Part shown: piece by piece, positions 30,760 to 44,070 of the stretch
Layout: every line of letters begins with the position of its first letter
Numbering within the stretch: the first letter of the stretch is position 1
Origin: Neocallimastix sp. 'constans'
Taxonomy: Eukaryota
DNA length: 64,000 nucleotides
Assembly (NCBI GenBank): GCA_050613775.1
Contig: JBODTK010000159.1
Location: 1-64,000 of the forward strand
Direction: 5' to 3'
Made by a program: the position numbers and the translations under genes
Notes under the pieces: generated by a model
Told to the model about the DNA's origin: nothing
Seen by the model: only the letters and a program-made list of their open reading frames with translations
The model's database searches: none

Positions 30760-33700
30760 TATAAAGTTTTGATTTAAAAAATAGATTATAAGTCAAAAAT
30801 TATAATAACACTAAATAACACAAAAATGTTTTATAAACAAATAAGTTTTATTATATTTAGATTTTAAAATAATCTTTATTAATTATTAGTGTTATTAACA
30901 ATAAATCGTTAATAACAATTACATCGATTAAAATACATGAAATTTGGTTAACTATTTATATTTTTATCTTATTACATTTAGAATATATAATTCCTATTGA
31001 ATTATATTATCTAACTATTTATTTAAAAACAATACTAACCTAAACTAATAATAAATAATTAACTATTACTAAATAAAGAGAATTATAATTAATAACTAAA
31101 ATAAATATAAACAATTTCAATCGAGCTCATTTATTATTTATTTATTATTTAAATATTATTAATAAATTCTTATTATATTTTCTATTTAAAATTAATATAA
31201 AAGTTGTCATAATTATTTAATATGATTTTAGCATAAAATGCCGCAAGTTTCAACATGACTAATTGCATAGTTTCATGTTGTTAATTTATCTTGTAAAAAA
31301 CCTTAACTCTTATTATTTAAATTAAATTACATAAAAAGAAATGATTTTCAATTACTAGTTTCACAAGAGAAATTTTTAATTTATTAATATGATTGGGAAG
31401 AAGTCGAAGTTTTGTTTAAAATTATTTGCAATAATTTTATACACGTGATTTTTAATAGATTTATTTCAATTTTACTTAAATTTATGATTAAATTTAATTA
31501 AAATTTATAAAGATATTAATAATATCTTTACAATCTCGCCCCTTAAGTCGAGCTCCTGCGAGATTAACTTTAAGAAGGAAGATCAATTACAAAAGGTTGA
31601 TATTTATGTCTAACATAGTACTCGTTTGCATCATCAGGTGGTTGACAGAATTCGTTGTTAACATTCGAAGATTTGTTCTTCTTTTCTTTTCTGTAATATT
31701 CTTGTATTAATTGTCTATCAAGAATTTGATCTTCATCAATCCAAGTATTTTCACTAAAATCGCATCCTTTCCATTTAATCAAGTAACGATTCTTATTGTT
31801 AAAGGTTTTCATTTTAATTATTCTTTCAGGAGTTCTATCAATTGTATCCGTATTAAGATTAATATTTCTTCTACGAGTATTTCTTCTGTTTGAAAATTCA
31901 TTTTCATGATAAGGTTCGAGAAGTGAAACATGAAATACAGGGTGACAACGCATATTATTAGGAAGTTTAAGTTCGTACGCTAAGTCACTAACTTTTCTTA
32001 TTATTTCAAAAGGTCCTATTAGTTGATCAGATAATTTTCTATTTTTCTTTGTTGTATTACCCTTTAAAAGATAAACTTTATTTCCTACTTTAAAATCTGG
32101 AGAATCCATTCTTTTCAGATCTGCATATTTCTTATAAGTCTTTTTTGCTTGCTCTAAGTTTTCTTTTAAAAATTTAATGTTTTCATTAATATTTAATATT
32201 CTTTTCTCAGCTCTATGCGGATTCTCATTTGAAGGAATTTCAGGATTAAATTTCGGATTAAAACCATAATTTGCAAAAAATGGTGATTGATTTATTGATT
32301 GTTGTAAAGTATTATTATAGGAAAATTCTGCAAAAGGTAATAAATCAAGCCAGTTATTTTGCTTTTCATTGATGAAACAACGAAGATATTGTTCCAATAT
32401 CGAGTTCACCCTCTCCGTTTGACCATCGGTCTGCGGATGATAAGCAGTAGAAAAAGAATGCTTAATATTTAAAAGAGAGCAAAGACGATTCCAAAAATCA
32501 GAGGTAAACTGAGAACCACGATCAGAAATAATAGAATCGGGGAAACCATGAAGTTTAAAAATATTAGCAATGAAAGAATCAGCAGCAATAGAAGCAGTAG
32601 GAAGACATCTAAAAGGTATAAAATGAGCCATTTTAGTTAAGCGATCCACAACAACCATTATAGTGGTCATATCTTTGGATTTCGGAAGTTCAACAATAAA
32701 ATCCATAGAGATAGCAGACCAGGCTCTATTTGGTGTAGAAAGTGGAGAAAGTAAACCATATGGCTTATGTCTTGGGATTTTGGATTTTGAACAAATTTCA
32801 CAAGATTTAATAAACATTTTAACATCTTTTTGTAATTTAGGCCACCAGAAATTACGAGAAATAAGTTCAATAGTTTTATTAATTCCAAAATGACCAGCAG
32901 AAATAGAGTCATGATGGAGTTCTAAAACTCTTATTCTAATTTTATTGGGAACATAAATTAAATTTTCAAAAAGTAAATAACCATTTTTGTCAAGAGAAAA
33001 TTTATCGATTTTACTAAAAGGGGGATCTTTTGATTTATCATTTTTAAGAAATTCAGTTATTTTGCAATAGAATTCATCATTAGCTAGAGAATCATGAATA
33101 GAGGAGATTAAAGAATCATTCTTAAAACTACATGAATTAATAACGCATGAAATAGGACGAACACTAGCAAATAAATGATCACTACATCTTGATAAAATAT
33201 CTGGTTTACCTGACTTTTTACCAGCTCTGTAAATTAGTTTAAAATCAAATCTAGATAAGAATTCATACCAACGAATTTGGCGTTGGGAAAGAAGTTCAGG
33301 TTTTCGAGGGAAAGTTAAATTCTTATGATCAGTATAAATAATAAACTGATGGCGAGCTCCTTCTAAGTAATGTCTCCATCCTTCCAATGCAACTTTAATA
33401 GCAAGAAGTTCTTTGTCATAGATAGGGTAATTTCTTTGGGATTTAGTTAAGCTAGTAGAAATAAAAGCAATTGGATGCAAATGCCCATCAAATTCCTGAG
33501 AAAGAATTGCACCAACAGCAAAATTACTAGCATCAGTTTCAACAATGAATTGTTTGTTGCTATCAGGATGTTTCAAAATAGGAGCAGTAGTAAATAATTC
33601 TTTTAAAGTATCAAACGCTTTTTGTTGTTCAGAACTCCAATTAAAAGGAACATTTTTTCTAGTTAATTTGTGGAGAGGATTTGCAATTTTCGCAAAGTCT

Positions 33701-36700
33701 TTAATAAAAATTCTGTAATAATTACAAAGTCCAATAAACGATTGAATTTCTTTAACGTTTGTTGGAACAGGCCAATCTAAAATTGCTTTAACTTTTTCTT
33801 TATCCATTTTAATTCCATCTCTTGATAAAACATAACCAAGAAAGGTAGTTTCAGTTACATCAAATTCACACTTTTCTAATTTAACAACTAAATGATTCTC
33901 TAACAATTTTCTTAAAACTTTCTTAACATGTACATGATGTTCTTCCAAAGTATTAGAATAAATTAAAATGTCATCAATGTAAGAGATTACAAAATCATCT
34001 AAGTAATCACTGAGAACATCATTTATAAAATGTTGGAATGTAGCAGGGGCATTCTTAAGCCCAAAAGGCATAACGAGATATTCAAAGTGCCCGTATCTTG
34101 TACGAAAGGCAGTTTTGTACTCGTCACCTTCTTTAATTCTTACTAAGTTATAAGCAGATTTTAAATCTAACTTAGTAAAATATTTAGCACCTTTAACTCT
34201 ATCCAACAATTCACTAATTAAAGGAAGTGGATAAGAGTTACGGATGGTCATTTCGTTCAATTTTCTATAATCAATAACTAGTCTATAAGTACCATCCTTT
34301 TTTCTAACAAATAAAATAGGTGCACCAGCAGGAGAAGAAGATTTCCTAATAAAACCCTTTTTTAAATTCTCTTCTAAATATTTCTTTAATTCTTCTCTCT
34401 CCGTTTCAGTTAAAGGGTACAACGGACCATAAAATAGACTACAATTATCTTTTAATTTAATTTCACAATCATAATTACGATGCGGAGGTAACACATTACA
34501 ATTATTTTCATTAAACACTTCTTTAAACATCAAATAGATTTCAGGTACTTCGACCTTTTCACCATCTTTATTTAAATTATTATCTTCATCATTACATTTT
34601 TCAATTACATTTAATTTCTTACATTTACTAGATTCACAAAAAATTTCTTTAAAATCCTTAAACTATTAGTACTAATTTTACTATCACAATTCATAACAAT
34701 TATATCATCACTATCGCTAAAGTTATCACTATCACTAATGCTATCACTAAAATTATCTAACATAAAAGTATCATTAATATCACTATCACTATCATAATTA
34801 TTAAATTCAGAGCAAGTTCTAATACGAGTTCGGCGGCCACGAATAGAAATTTCTTCTTCTGAGTCAGAGTCGGAATCAGAGTCAAAGAGAGGTTTTCTTT
34901 TTCTTGATTCTTCAATAATAACTTTGTTTTCTTCTAGGTTGGTAGCAGGTTCTTTTCCTTTGTTCCTTTTCTTGTTCTTGTTTTTCCTTTTTCTTTTACC
35001 ATTGTTACAATGTCTTGCACAGAAACCGGATCCGAAAGAAATCTTCTTTGCGTCATGATAGTTGTAGGGGGAGTGCTTATTGATCCATGGTAAACCCAAG
35101 ATAATATCAACATCAGGAATCCTGAGAACATAGAGTTGAATCGTTTCCAAGTGGTTCCTTAAACGAAGAACGCATTTCTCAGTTTCCTTTTTTACTGATG
35201 AAACACCATATCCAAGACCAGTAACACGGAAAGGTTCTTCGATTTCTTTTGTTTTAATTCCAAAGGCTTTAGCGAATTCAGGATGGATAAAATTAAGATC
35301 AGAACCAGAATCGATCAGAACTCTTGCTTTTACTTCTTCTATATCGTTTGTTTTAATATAGAAATCAATGATATTACTTTTCTTTGTCAAAAGTGAGTTT
35401 TGTTCTTCCACGATTTTTCTAACTTTGACAATATCTTCTTGGCTGTTGATTCTTCTAATTCTTCTTAAACTACTTGAGGGTGTGGTAGCGGTGTTTTCTT
35501 GTTTACTGATAATCTTGACTCCGGCAGGTTTCTTCTTATTTGGACAGTTAAAATAGCGATGACCTGGTTTTTTACAATAATAGCACAATCCTTTCCTTCT
35601 TTCTTCATCTCTTGAATTCGAGTTTTCTTGATATAATTTCTGGTTAGAAGGGAAGTAACTTGTATTCGTTTGTCCTCTCTTAATTCTGTATAAATCTATT
35701 TCCATTGGGTCACTAGTAGACGCATGATTATTATTATTTATTTCCTTACGATGGTAATAATTATGATAGAAAAATTCATTTATTTCATGTCTCTTAGTTA
35801 AGCTTTCGATACTAAGGACATCAGTGAAAAGTCTTCTTAAGTTGTTGGGATTTGGATTTACCACTGCAAGGTGCTCCCTCATCTTGTAGTGAAGTCCTTT
35901 TACAAACATATAAATCTTAGCAGAATCGTTAAAATCTGAATGTCTGCTGATTTTATTAAATTCATTTATACTCACTAACATGACCAAATTTATGTTGTCG
36001 GATGCTGCATAATTTACCGTTTGCGACAACTGTGCTCATGTCCTGCTCTCCAAATTGATTTCTTAATTCTTGAATAAAATCTTCATAAACATTGAGCAGG
36101 GGATCATTATTTCTTCGCAAGTTTGAGGCCCATATCAAGGGATCACCGACAAGATAAGAAATTATAAATCTGACCTTTGTATGGTCGTTATTGAAACCTT
36201 GTGGATTGGCTTCCATAGCTATTTCAGCTCTTGTAAGGAAGCCATCAAAGTCCTTCTTGATTCCAGAAAATAGCGGTGGTTCGTTAACAATCTTTTGATT
36301 GTTACGGGGCAGAACTTGATGATTCTCTTGATTCATTTCTTGCAGGTTAAGGTCTTCGAATCTTCTTATTAGGTTGTTAAATCCCTCCAATTTGATTATT
36401 TTAAATTGACTTAAATTTTTGCAATTTCTTTAACAAAAATATCAAACAAATAAATATTTCAAACTATAACGTTTTTTCATCTAGTCGATCTAGCTCTATC
36501 CTTTGAAGCGGTGCTGTCGAGTAAACGTAACGTTATAAATTAAAATATTAAAGGTTTATGGTTTTTCGAATCTTGTTCTAAGACGTGTAATTGTAATTTC
36601 GGTAGCAATATTATAGAGCTGGTAGCAATATTCTGAAACTGGTAGCAATAATCTAAAACTGGTAAAAAAATATTTTGAATCAAGCCACACACAAGCCACT

Positions 36701-37541
36701 GTTAACGTATCACGTGTTATAATCTTGACTTATAACGTATTTTATTGAGAGAAAAAGGTAATTGTTATTATAAAGTTTTGATTTAAAAAATAGATTATAA
36801 GTCAAAAATTATAATAACACTAAATAACACAAAAATGTTTTATAAACAAATAAGTTTTATTATATTTAGATTTTAAAATAATCTTTATTAATTATTAGTG
36901 TTATTAACAATAAATCGTTAATAACAATTACATCGATTAAAATACATGAAATTTGGTTAACTATTTATATTTTTATCTTATTACATTTAGAATATATAAT
37001 TCCTATTGAATTATATTATCTAACTATTTATTTAAAAACAATACTAACCTAAACTAATAATAAATAATTAACTATTACTAAATAAAGAGAATTGTAATTA
37101 ATAACTAAAATAAATATAAACAATTTCAATCGAGCTCATTTATTATTTATTTATTATTTAAATATTATTAATAAATTCTTATTATATTTTCTATTTAAAA
37201 TTAATATAAAAGTTGTCATAATTATTTAATATGATTTTAGCATAAAATGCCGCAAGTTTCAACATGACTAATTGCATAGTTTCATGTTGTTAATTTATCT
37301 TGTAAAAAACCTTAACTCTTATTATTTAAATTAAATTACATAAAAAGAAATGATTTTCAATTACTAGTTTCACAAGAGAAATTTTTAATTTATTAATATG
37401 ATTGGGAAGAAGTCGAAGTTTTGTTTAAAATTATTTGCAATAATTTTATACACGTGATTTTTAATAGATTTATTTCAATTTTACTTAAATTTATGATTAA
37501 ATTTAATTAAAATTTATAAAGATATTAATAATATCTTTACA
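30760..37541 (-). mobile_element. Full-length Ty3/Gypsy chromovirus (family A) with two frameshifts
   Basis: 773-bp near-identical LTRs at 30760-31532 and 36769-37541; TSD ATAGT; PPT AAGGGGCGAGA. Confidence 0.96.
31570..36390 (-). pseudogene. Gag-Pol split into three ORFs (35962-36390, 34611-36029, 31570-34533)
   Basis: gag, CYYCKKPGHRYFNC, LIDSGS, YIDD, RNase H, integrase and a divergent chromodomain. Frameshifts near 35965 and 34650. Confidence 0.9.
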
Positions 37542-38567
37542 ATAGTCCATTTTTTTTGTAAGGGTTTAAAACTAGCAATTTTGAGATACCACATCTTTAC
37601 CGTTAGATTTATTTTAATTTTTTTTTTTTGATATCCGTAGTCAGCAACTACCGTAATACATTAAGTGGTTAAGTGGTCTGCGTTGGTGTTAGATTGTAAT
37701 GATAACAATATAATAGATTACAAAAACTTAAAGAATAAAATTTTGTTTTAAATTTTTTTTTAAAAATAATTTAATAATTATAGTTAAAAGTATCTTTTAT
37801 ACTTTTACTAAATACATTAATAATATATTATTTTATATAAATTACATATATTCTAATATAAAGCTATTCTAATGAATTATTAAATAATAAATTTATAATC
37901 TTTTAATTCGGTTTATACAAATTGGTGAATTCGAATTTAACTTGCACTTCTTTTTAGTCTTTACAAAGGATTAATTTTGTTCTCTAAAGAAAAAATATAA
38001 AAGTCGGTAAAGGTTTCTGTTACAGGTCTTTTTGTAGAATAAAACTAGCACTGGGGATTGTATTTAAACTTTACACCTTAACGATAATTTAGTAATTATT
38101 ATTTTTTAACTTTTAAAATAGTTTTATTTATTTAATTAAATTTTTATTTATTACAAATGATTAGTTTATAATAAAATACATTAATTTAGATATTTATTTT
38201 AAAAGGTTAAAATATAAACTAAAAATACTAGTGTTTATTGAAAAAGCTAAAGAATTTATTAAGAAATTTGTTTCTCTATATACTTTTTTCAAAAATAATA
38301 TAATAATAATTTTTATAGAATTTTATAGAATATTATAGAATACTTTGATTAAACTGTATAATTAAACTATACATTAAATATATTAAATATTAAATTAATT
38401 GTTAAATATATTACTAAAATTGAATAATTTCATTATCTTAGAATTTTCTTTTTATTATTTCTTAATTTACCTATTTGAATGGTGTTATCAAAATCATTTT
38501 TTTCAGAATAGATTGTTTTTTCCTGATTGGATTGTGATTCGGCGTAAGATGGCAGTTCACTAAGCCT

Positions 38568-38810
38568 GTAAAGATGTGATTATTTCAATCATAATCATAA
38601 TTAAAAAATTTTTCTTATGTAATTCAAAAATGTAAATTATTCTTTGATTTATAATAATAAATAAAATAAACAAATCTTATGAATTAAATTTTTGAATTAT
38701 ATTCTTTAAGTCACAAGACAAATTTTTAATGTAACAATTTTCGTAAAAAACTAATTCTGGAAAAATTATTGTTTTACAATAATTTTTAAATTGAAAATAA
38801 AGACTTATAA
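38568..38810 (+). mobile_element. Truncated family D LTR
   Basis: Starts TGTAAAGATGTGATT like 40559 and loses similarity after ~240 bp. Confidence 0.7.
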
Positions 38811-38973
38811 TAAAAATGATAAATATTTTTTTTGGTCTACCGTCAGTATAGAGTTTTATTCAGAGCTACCAGTTAGGAATCACTAATCAAAAAGTTTTGG
38901 ATTTGTAATTGAGGGCCACTACTTTGGGTTTAAATGAACATTATATCTAATAAATTAGACTAAACAATTGATC

Positions 38974-39004
<31 letters not shown>

Positions 39005-39231
39005 AAAATAAAAAAATAACTTTTCAAAATTAATATACATTAATAAAATTAGTTTACTCGACCGTCACCATTAATAATTGGAAAGAGACCTAGTCAACTT
39101 TACAGATAAAATTATAAAGTTTTTAATCTTGAGAAAAAGAAAAAAAAATTTTAATAAAATAAAATAAAATAAAAAAAAAAAAAAAAATTAAAATATATAA
39201 ATAATTTGAGTATAACTTAAAAATATTCAAA

Positions 39232-39760
39232 ATGAAATATTTTAATATTATATTATTAATAGTAACTTTAATCGAATTTGTTTCTTCTTTTCAAATTAAC
39301 ATTTTGAAAGAAAACGTGCCTTATTTTAATTCAACCTTCATAAATGAAGTATAAGAAGCCTTAAGAGAAATACGAAATAGCGAGATTTCATATGTTATTG
39401 AAAACAATGAATAGTATTATTAATTTCAAGAATGAAATCCCAAATAATTTTTTAAGTCTTGTCGAATTAATTGAGGATGACGTCATGAGTAATATTGATG
39501 AAAATACAATTAAATGCAATATATCCGTCATGATAGCTATGCTTGATAAATATGATAATACTGAAGAAGAAATAAATGAAATTGATAATCCAAATAATTT
39601 AATTAAGAGAAAAAAAAAAATGAACCAATGTTGGAACGAAGTTATGGGAACTTTTATTACCGGCTGTACTGTTGGATTTTTCTTTGGAGGTACAGGATGT
39701 GTTATCGGTGGAGTAGCATTAATGGGAGGAAGTGTCTATTGTACAACCGTATTTGGATAA
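39232..39760 (+). CDS. Putative secreted prepro-peptide with Gly/Cys-rich hydrophobic C-terminus (spliced gene or pseudogene)
   Basis: ATG at 39232 gives MKYFNIILLIVTLIEFVSSF (signal-like) with an in-frame TAA at 39352. ORF 39392-39760 supplies an acidic region, KRKKK and the Gly-rich tail. Confidence 0.5.
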
Positions 39761-39764
39761 GTAT

Positions 39765-41260
39765 AAATTCCATTTTACTGAGTTCTCATATAATAACTTT
39801 ATACAGCAATCAATCAAACGCCATTTTTTGCTAATTATGGATTTAATCCTTAAGCCCATCCAGAAATCCCATCTAACAAAAGATCTAGTAGGGCGGAAAA
39901 ACGTGTAATCAAGATTAATGAAAATATAAATTTTCTAAAAGAGAATTTACATAGAACAAAAGAAACTTATATAAGAAATATGCTGATCAAAGAAGAAAGG
40001 ATCCTCCAAAATTCGAAGTTGGTGATAAAGTTTGGTTACTCAAAGGAATTATAAGAAAAAGAAACTTTCTAATCAAATGATTGGTCCATTCAAAATTAGT
40101 AAGAAAATAAGTGATTTAGCTTACGAAACTTAATCTCATTAAGGGAATGCGTTGCCATCCAGTTTTTCATGTTTCATTACTCGAGCCTTACTATGAAAAC
40201 GAATTTAAAGATAGGAGAAATTACAAAAAGAAAAAAAATATACGTTTAACAACTGATTATGAAGAAAAAATTCCTGAAAGAATAAACTACATAAAGGGAA
40301 GTAATGGAAATAACTTTTACCTTGTTTCTTGGAAAGGCCGTGATATTGTTGAAAACAGTTAGATTGAAGAAAGTCAAATCCCTGATCCACAGTTAATTCA
40401 AGAATATCAAAAAAGATGCAGAAAAGGAAAATAACCAACTGATGCTGAAGAATCCGTTGAGCCGGAATATTATGTCAGGCATAAATATTAACCTTTTACG
40501 ATAGATATACCTTCGAGAAAACTTTTATCTCACAGGAGCTCGATTTAAGGAGAAAGATTGTAAAGATGTGATTACTCCAATCACATTTTAAAATAAAAAT
40601 TTTTCTTGTGTAATTTAAAAATGTAAATTATTCTTTAATTTATAATAATAAATAAAATAAATAAATCATATGATCTAAATTTTTGAATTATATTCTCTAA
40701 GCCACAAGACAAATTTTTAATATAACAATTTTCGTAAAAAAAACTAATTCTGGAAAAATGAATAAAGTTTAGAACAAAATAAATTAATAATTTATTTTGT
40801 GAAAATTAAGTTTCAAAAACTTAATTATGACTCTTTTTAACATTGTTTTTAAATTGAAAATAAATAAAGACTTTACTTATAATATTTAAATAATAAATAG
40901 ATAATAAATGTACTTAATTTAAATTATTTAGTATTTAGTTTAATTAATAATTATATTTTACTAAATTATAATTTATAAATTTATTATTTAATAAAATTCA
41001 TTAGAATAGTTTTTATATTAGAATATATGTAATTTAAATAAAACAATATATTATTAATGTACTTAGGAAAAGTATAAATAGAAGATATTTTTCACTTTTC
41101 TTTTTTCGATATAATTGTTATTTTTTATTTTTTATATTTTAATAAAGAAGAATTAATAAACTAATTATTATAAACAAATTTAACAAACTATATTTTATTA
41201 TCTTATTGCTTGTTTAAATTTTTCATTGGTTATTGTAATCTGTTTCACTTTGCTTTTACA
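39765..41260 (+). mobile_element. Decayed chromovirus 3' end (integrase, chromodomain) with family D 3' LTR at 40559-41260
   Basis: PFFANYGFNP, MRCHPVFHVSLLEPY and YLVSWKG; PPT AAGGAGAAAGA precedes TGTAAAG. Confidence 0.88.
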
Positions 41261-41279
41261 AAGCCCTCTTTGAATGGCT

Positions 41280-42420
41280 TCTATTTCATTCTGTAAGACT
41301 CTACTATTCCGATTGAGATTATTTATTTTAATTTCTTGACTTCTTGTTTTCTGGATTAATTTCAACTCTAAATTAGTTAATGAGTTTTGAATATTTATTA
41401 ACTCTTTTACATTGTTATCTTGGATTTTTTTTTTTTTGGAAACAGAAAAAAAATTTACACTTCTTTGAGGTTTTGTCTATAACGCTTGTTTCATGAAAAT
41501 AAGATTCTTTTTTCTTTTTTTTTTGTTTCTACATTCGTGAGAAAAATGAACGAACTTTTCACCTTTAATAAAACATTTTTCCTTTTTTTTTTCTCTCTTT
41601 ATATTGGCTCTTTAATTCAATATTTTTTTCTTTTATAGTGTTTGGTTCAATTGAAAATAGTTTATTATCATCTGTTTTTTTTTTGTTATTTCCTCTGTGT
41701 TGAAGAAAAGGATGTCTGGGGATGACATATCTTTTTTAAGATATTTATATAATCTTTTTTAGTTCATTTTTGTATTGAAAACCATTAATAAATCTGAGGT
41801 TTTCAGATAAAAAAAATAAATCTGTTTAAAATTTACCAGTTTTAGCTGTGTTCGCTAAGTTCGTGACCTATGTTTTCCAGTTCGTTTAATGTTTTTAGTT
41901 TTGCAATGAAGATAGATATATCCTCATTTTCATTGTATTTTAATATTTTTTTTATTGTTAATTTCCATTTTTCTTTTTTTTTTTTTTTTTCTTCGTGGGT
42001 TTGCGGTGAAAGATTTTTTCAAAATGTTCCGGATTTGATGAATTGTTTTTCCTTGATCTTCTCATAATATTTTTTGGGGTATTTTCTCCTACTGGACTAT
42101 TGATAATTATCCACTTTACCATGACATCATTTTTTTTAAATATCAAGTAGAGATGAATTTTGATCGTAGACAAGGTTGAGATCAAATCTGTCTTCCAAGT
42201 AGTCATCTAAATTTTCTCTGATTTTTCCTTTTCTTTATTTTCTTTTATTTTGTCATTGACTACATCTCCTTCTTGATTATTTATCATTAAGAGATAAAAA
42301 AAAAATTTTTGTCCTCCTTCTTAAATTAATAATCAGAAGATAATTCATTTATTTGATTGAAATTTTTGAAGTAATTGAAGGCAATACCTTTCGGACGTGC
42401 ATCTTCTGGCTCATTGATAA
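41280..42420 (-). pseudogene. Probable decayed gag remnant
   Basis: Minus strand near 41531-41580 reads KCFIKGEKFVHFSHEC, a degenerate knuckle. Many disablements; boundaries approximate. Confidence 0.4.
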
Positions 42421-42761
42421 CAATGGGTATGTTTTGATTTCTACACACTGCTCATTTTGTTTTGAATTAGGATTTCGCTTGAATTATGAAGTTGAATTCC
42501 TTATTAATTTGAATATTTCTGTTTGAATAGATTTCTTTATTTTTTTTTTATAAAGAAATCTATTCTATTTACTTATCAAAATATATTTGATAAGTATATA
42601 TATCTATATATTTTTAATATTTATTTTTCCTTTATTTGATTACATATTTTTTTAATTCCTATTTTCAATTATTTAAGGGAAATCATTTTGATTAAGAATA
42701 ACCGAGACAGGTATGGATTTGATTGTTGATATTTAACAATTTATTTCATGAGTTTTAATAA

Positions 42762-42803
<42 letters not shown>

Positions 42804-43624
42804 ATTGTGTAAAGATTAATAAAATCTTTAATAATTAATTATTACATAATTAATTAATGTAATAAAATTACATAAATTTATGATTTACGTATATGAAAAT
42901 TAATTATAAATTTATGTAAACTTTTCATAAAGGAAAAATTATTATTTAAATAATTTTGGATAATAACTTAAATCTAAATAATTTATTTAAGTTAGTTAAT
43001 TTAGTTTAGTTTATTTAAAATAGTTATTCTATTTAACTTAGTTAATTTAGTTTAGTTAGTTTAAAATACTTTAAAATTAATTTCGGAATAGTTTTAAATA
43101 GTTAAAATTAGTTTAAATAGTTTACAAAAATAGTTTTGAATTGTAAATATATAAACATTAGTATTAATAATATTTATATAATAAATATATAATAAATGAG
43201 TTGTTATTGAATTTAATTATTATTGTAAATAAGTTGAAAGTTTATTAAATTAATTATTGTTTAGTTTAGTTAATTATTATTTAATAAAATTATTAATAAA
43301 TATTTTGTTTATAAATAAATAGTAATATATGTAAATTAGATAGAAATAATATATTATAATGTAATAATGAAAAAATATAAATACATGTAAATTTCTATAA
43401 TTAAATCGATGTATTAGTTATTGACTATATGATAGTTAATAACAAAAAGAGATTTAATTTTTTTTAATTAATAAAGATTATTTTATTTAAAAAAACGAAT
43501 TTTTATTACGTGTTTTTTTTTATTTTGGTGTTAAAATTTGTTATTTGTAATCTGTTTCTGATAGAACTCTTTACAATAACTAATACCTTATAAATCAAAG
43601 AAACACGTTACAAATAACAAGTTT

Positions 43625-43770
43625 TTGGATAACTACCGCCGTGTTTAGAAGAAGTAACTGAATTCTTGGATAACTACCGCCGTGTTTAGAAGAAGTAACT
43701 GAATTCTTGGATAACTACCGCCGTGTTTAGAACAAGTAACTGAATTTTTGGATAACTACCGCCTTGTTCA
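43625..43770. repeat. 41-bp tandem repeat, about 3.5 copies, in the family B leader
   Basis: GGATAACTACCGCC at 43627, 43668, 43709 and 43750. Confidence 0.92.
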
Positions 43771-44022
43771 GGATAGCTACCTTAGATAAAATTTGTATTT
43801 GGATTAATTGTTTCATTATTTTTATTATTTTATATTTAGTTGTATACTCGTTCGACACCTTTTTAAGTGGATAGCGTCTGAACGACTTGACAACATTAAA
43901 TATAATAATAATAATAATAAGTAATTAATAAAAGATTTTCTTGTTTATCAAGTGAATAATTAAATTATACACTTAATAAATCCTAATTGAATTAAGTGAA
44001 CGCATAAATTATAAGTTACAAA

Positions 44023-44070
<48 letters not shown>

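Noticed and set aside
35955..35975. Programmed frameshift within gag (also ~44605)
   Set aside because: The breaks fall mid-capsid, at different positions in the sister families and in TA or T runs, so they are mutations or sequencing errors.
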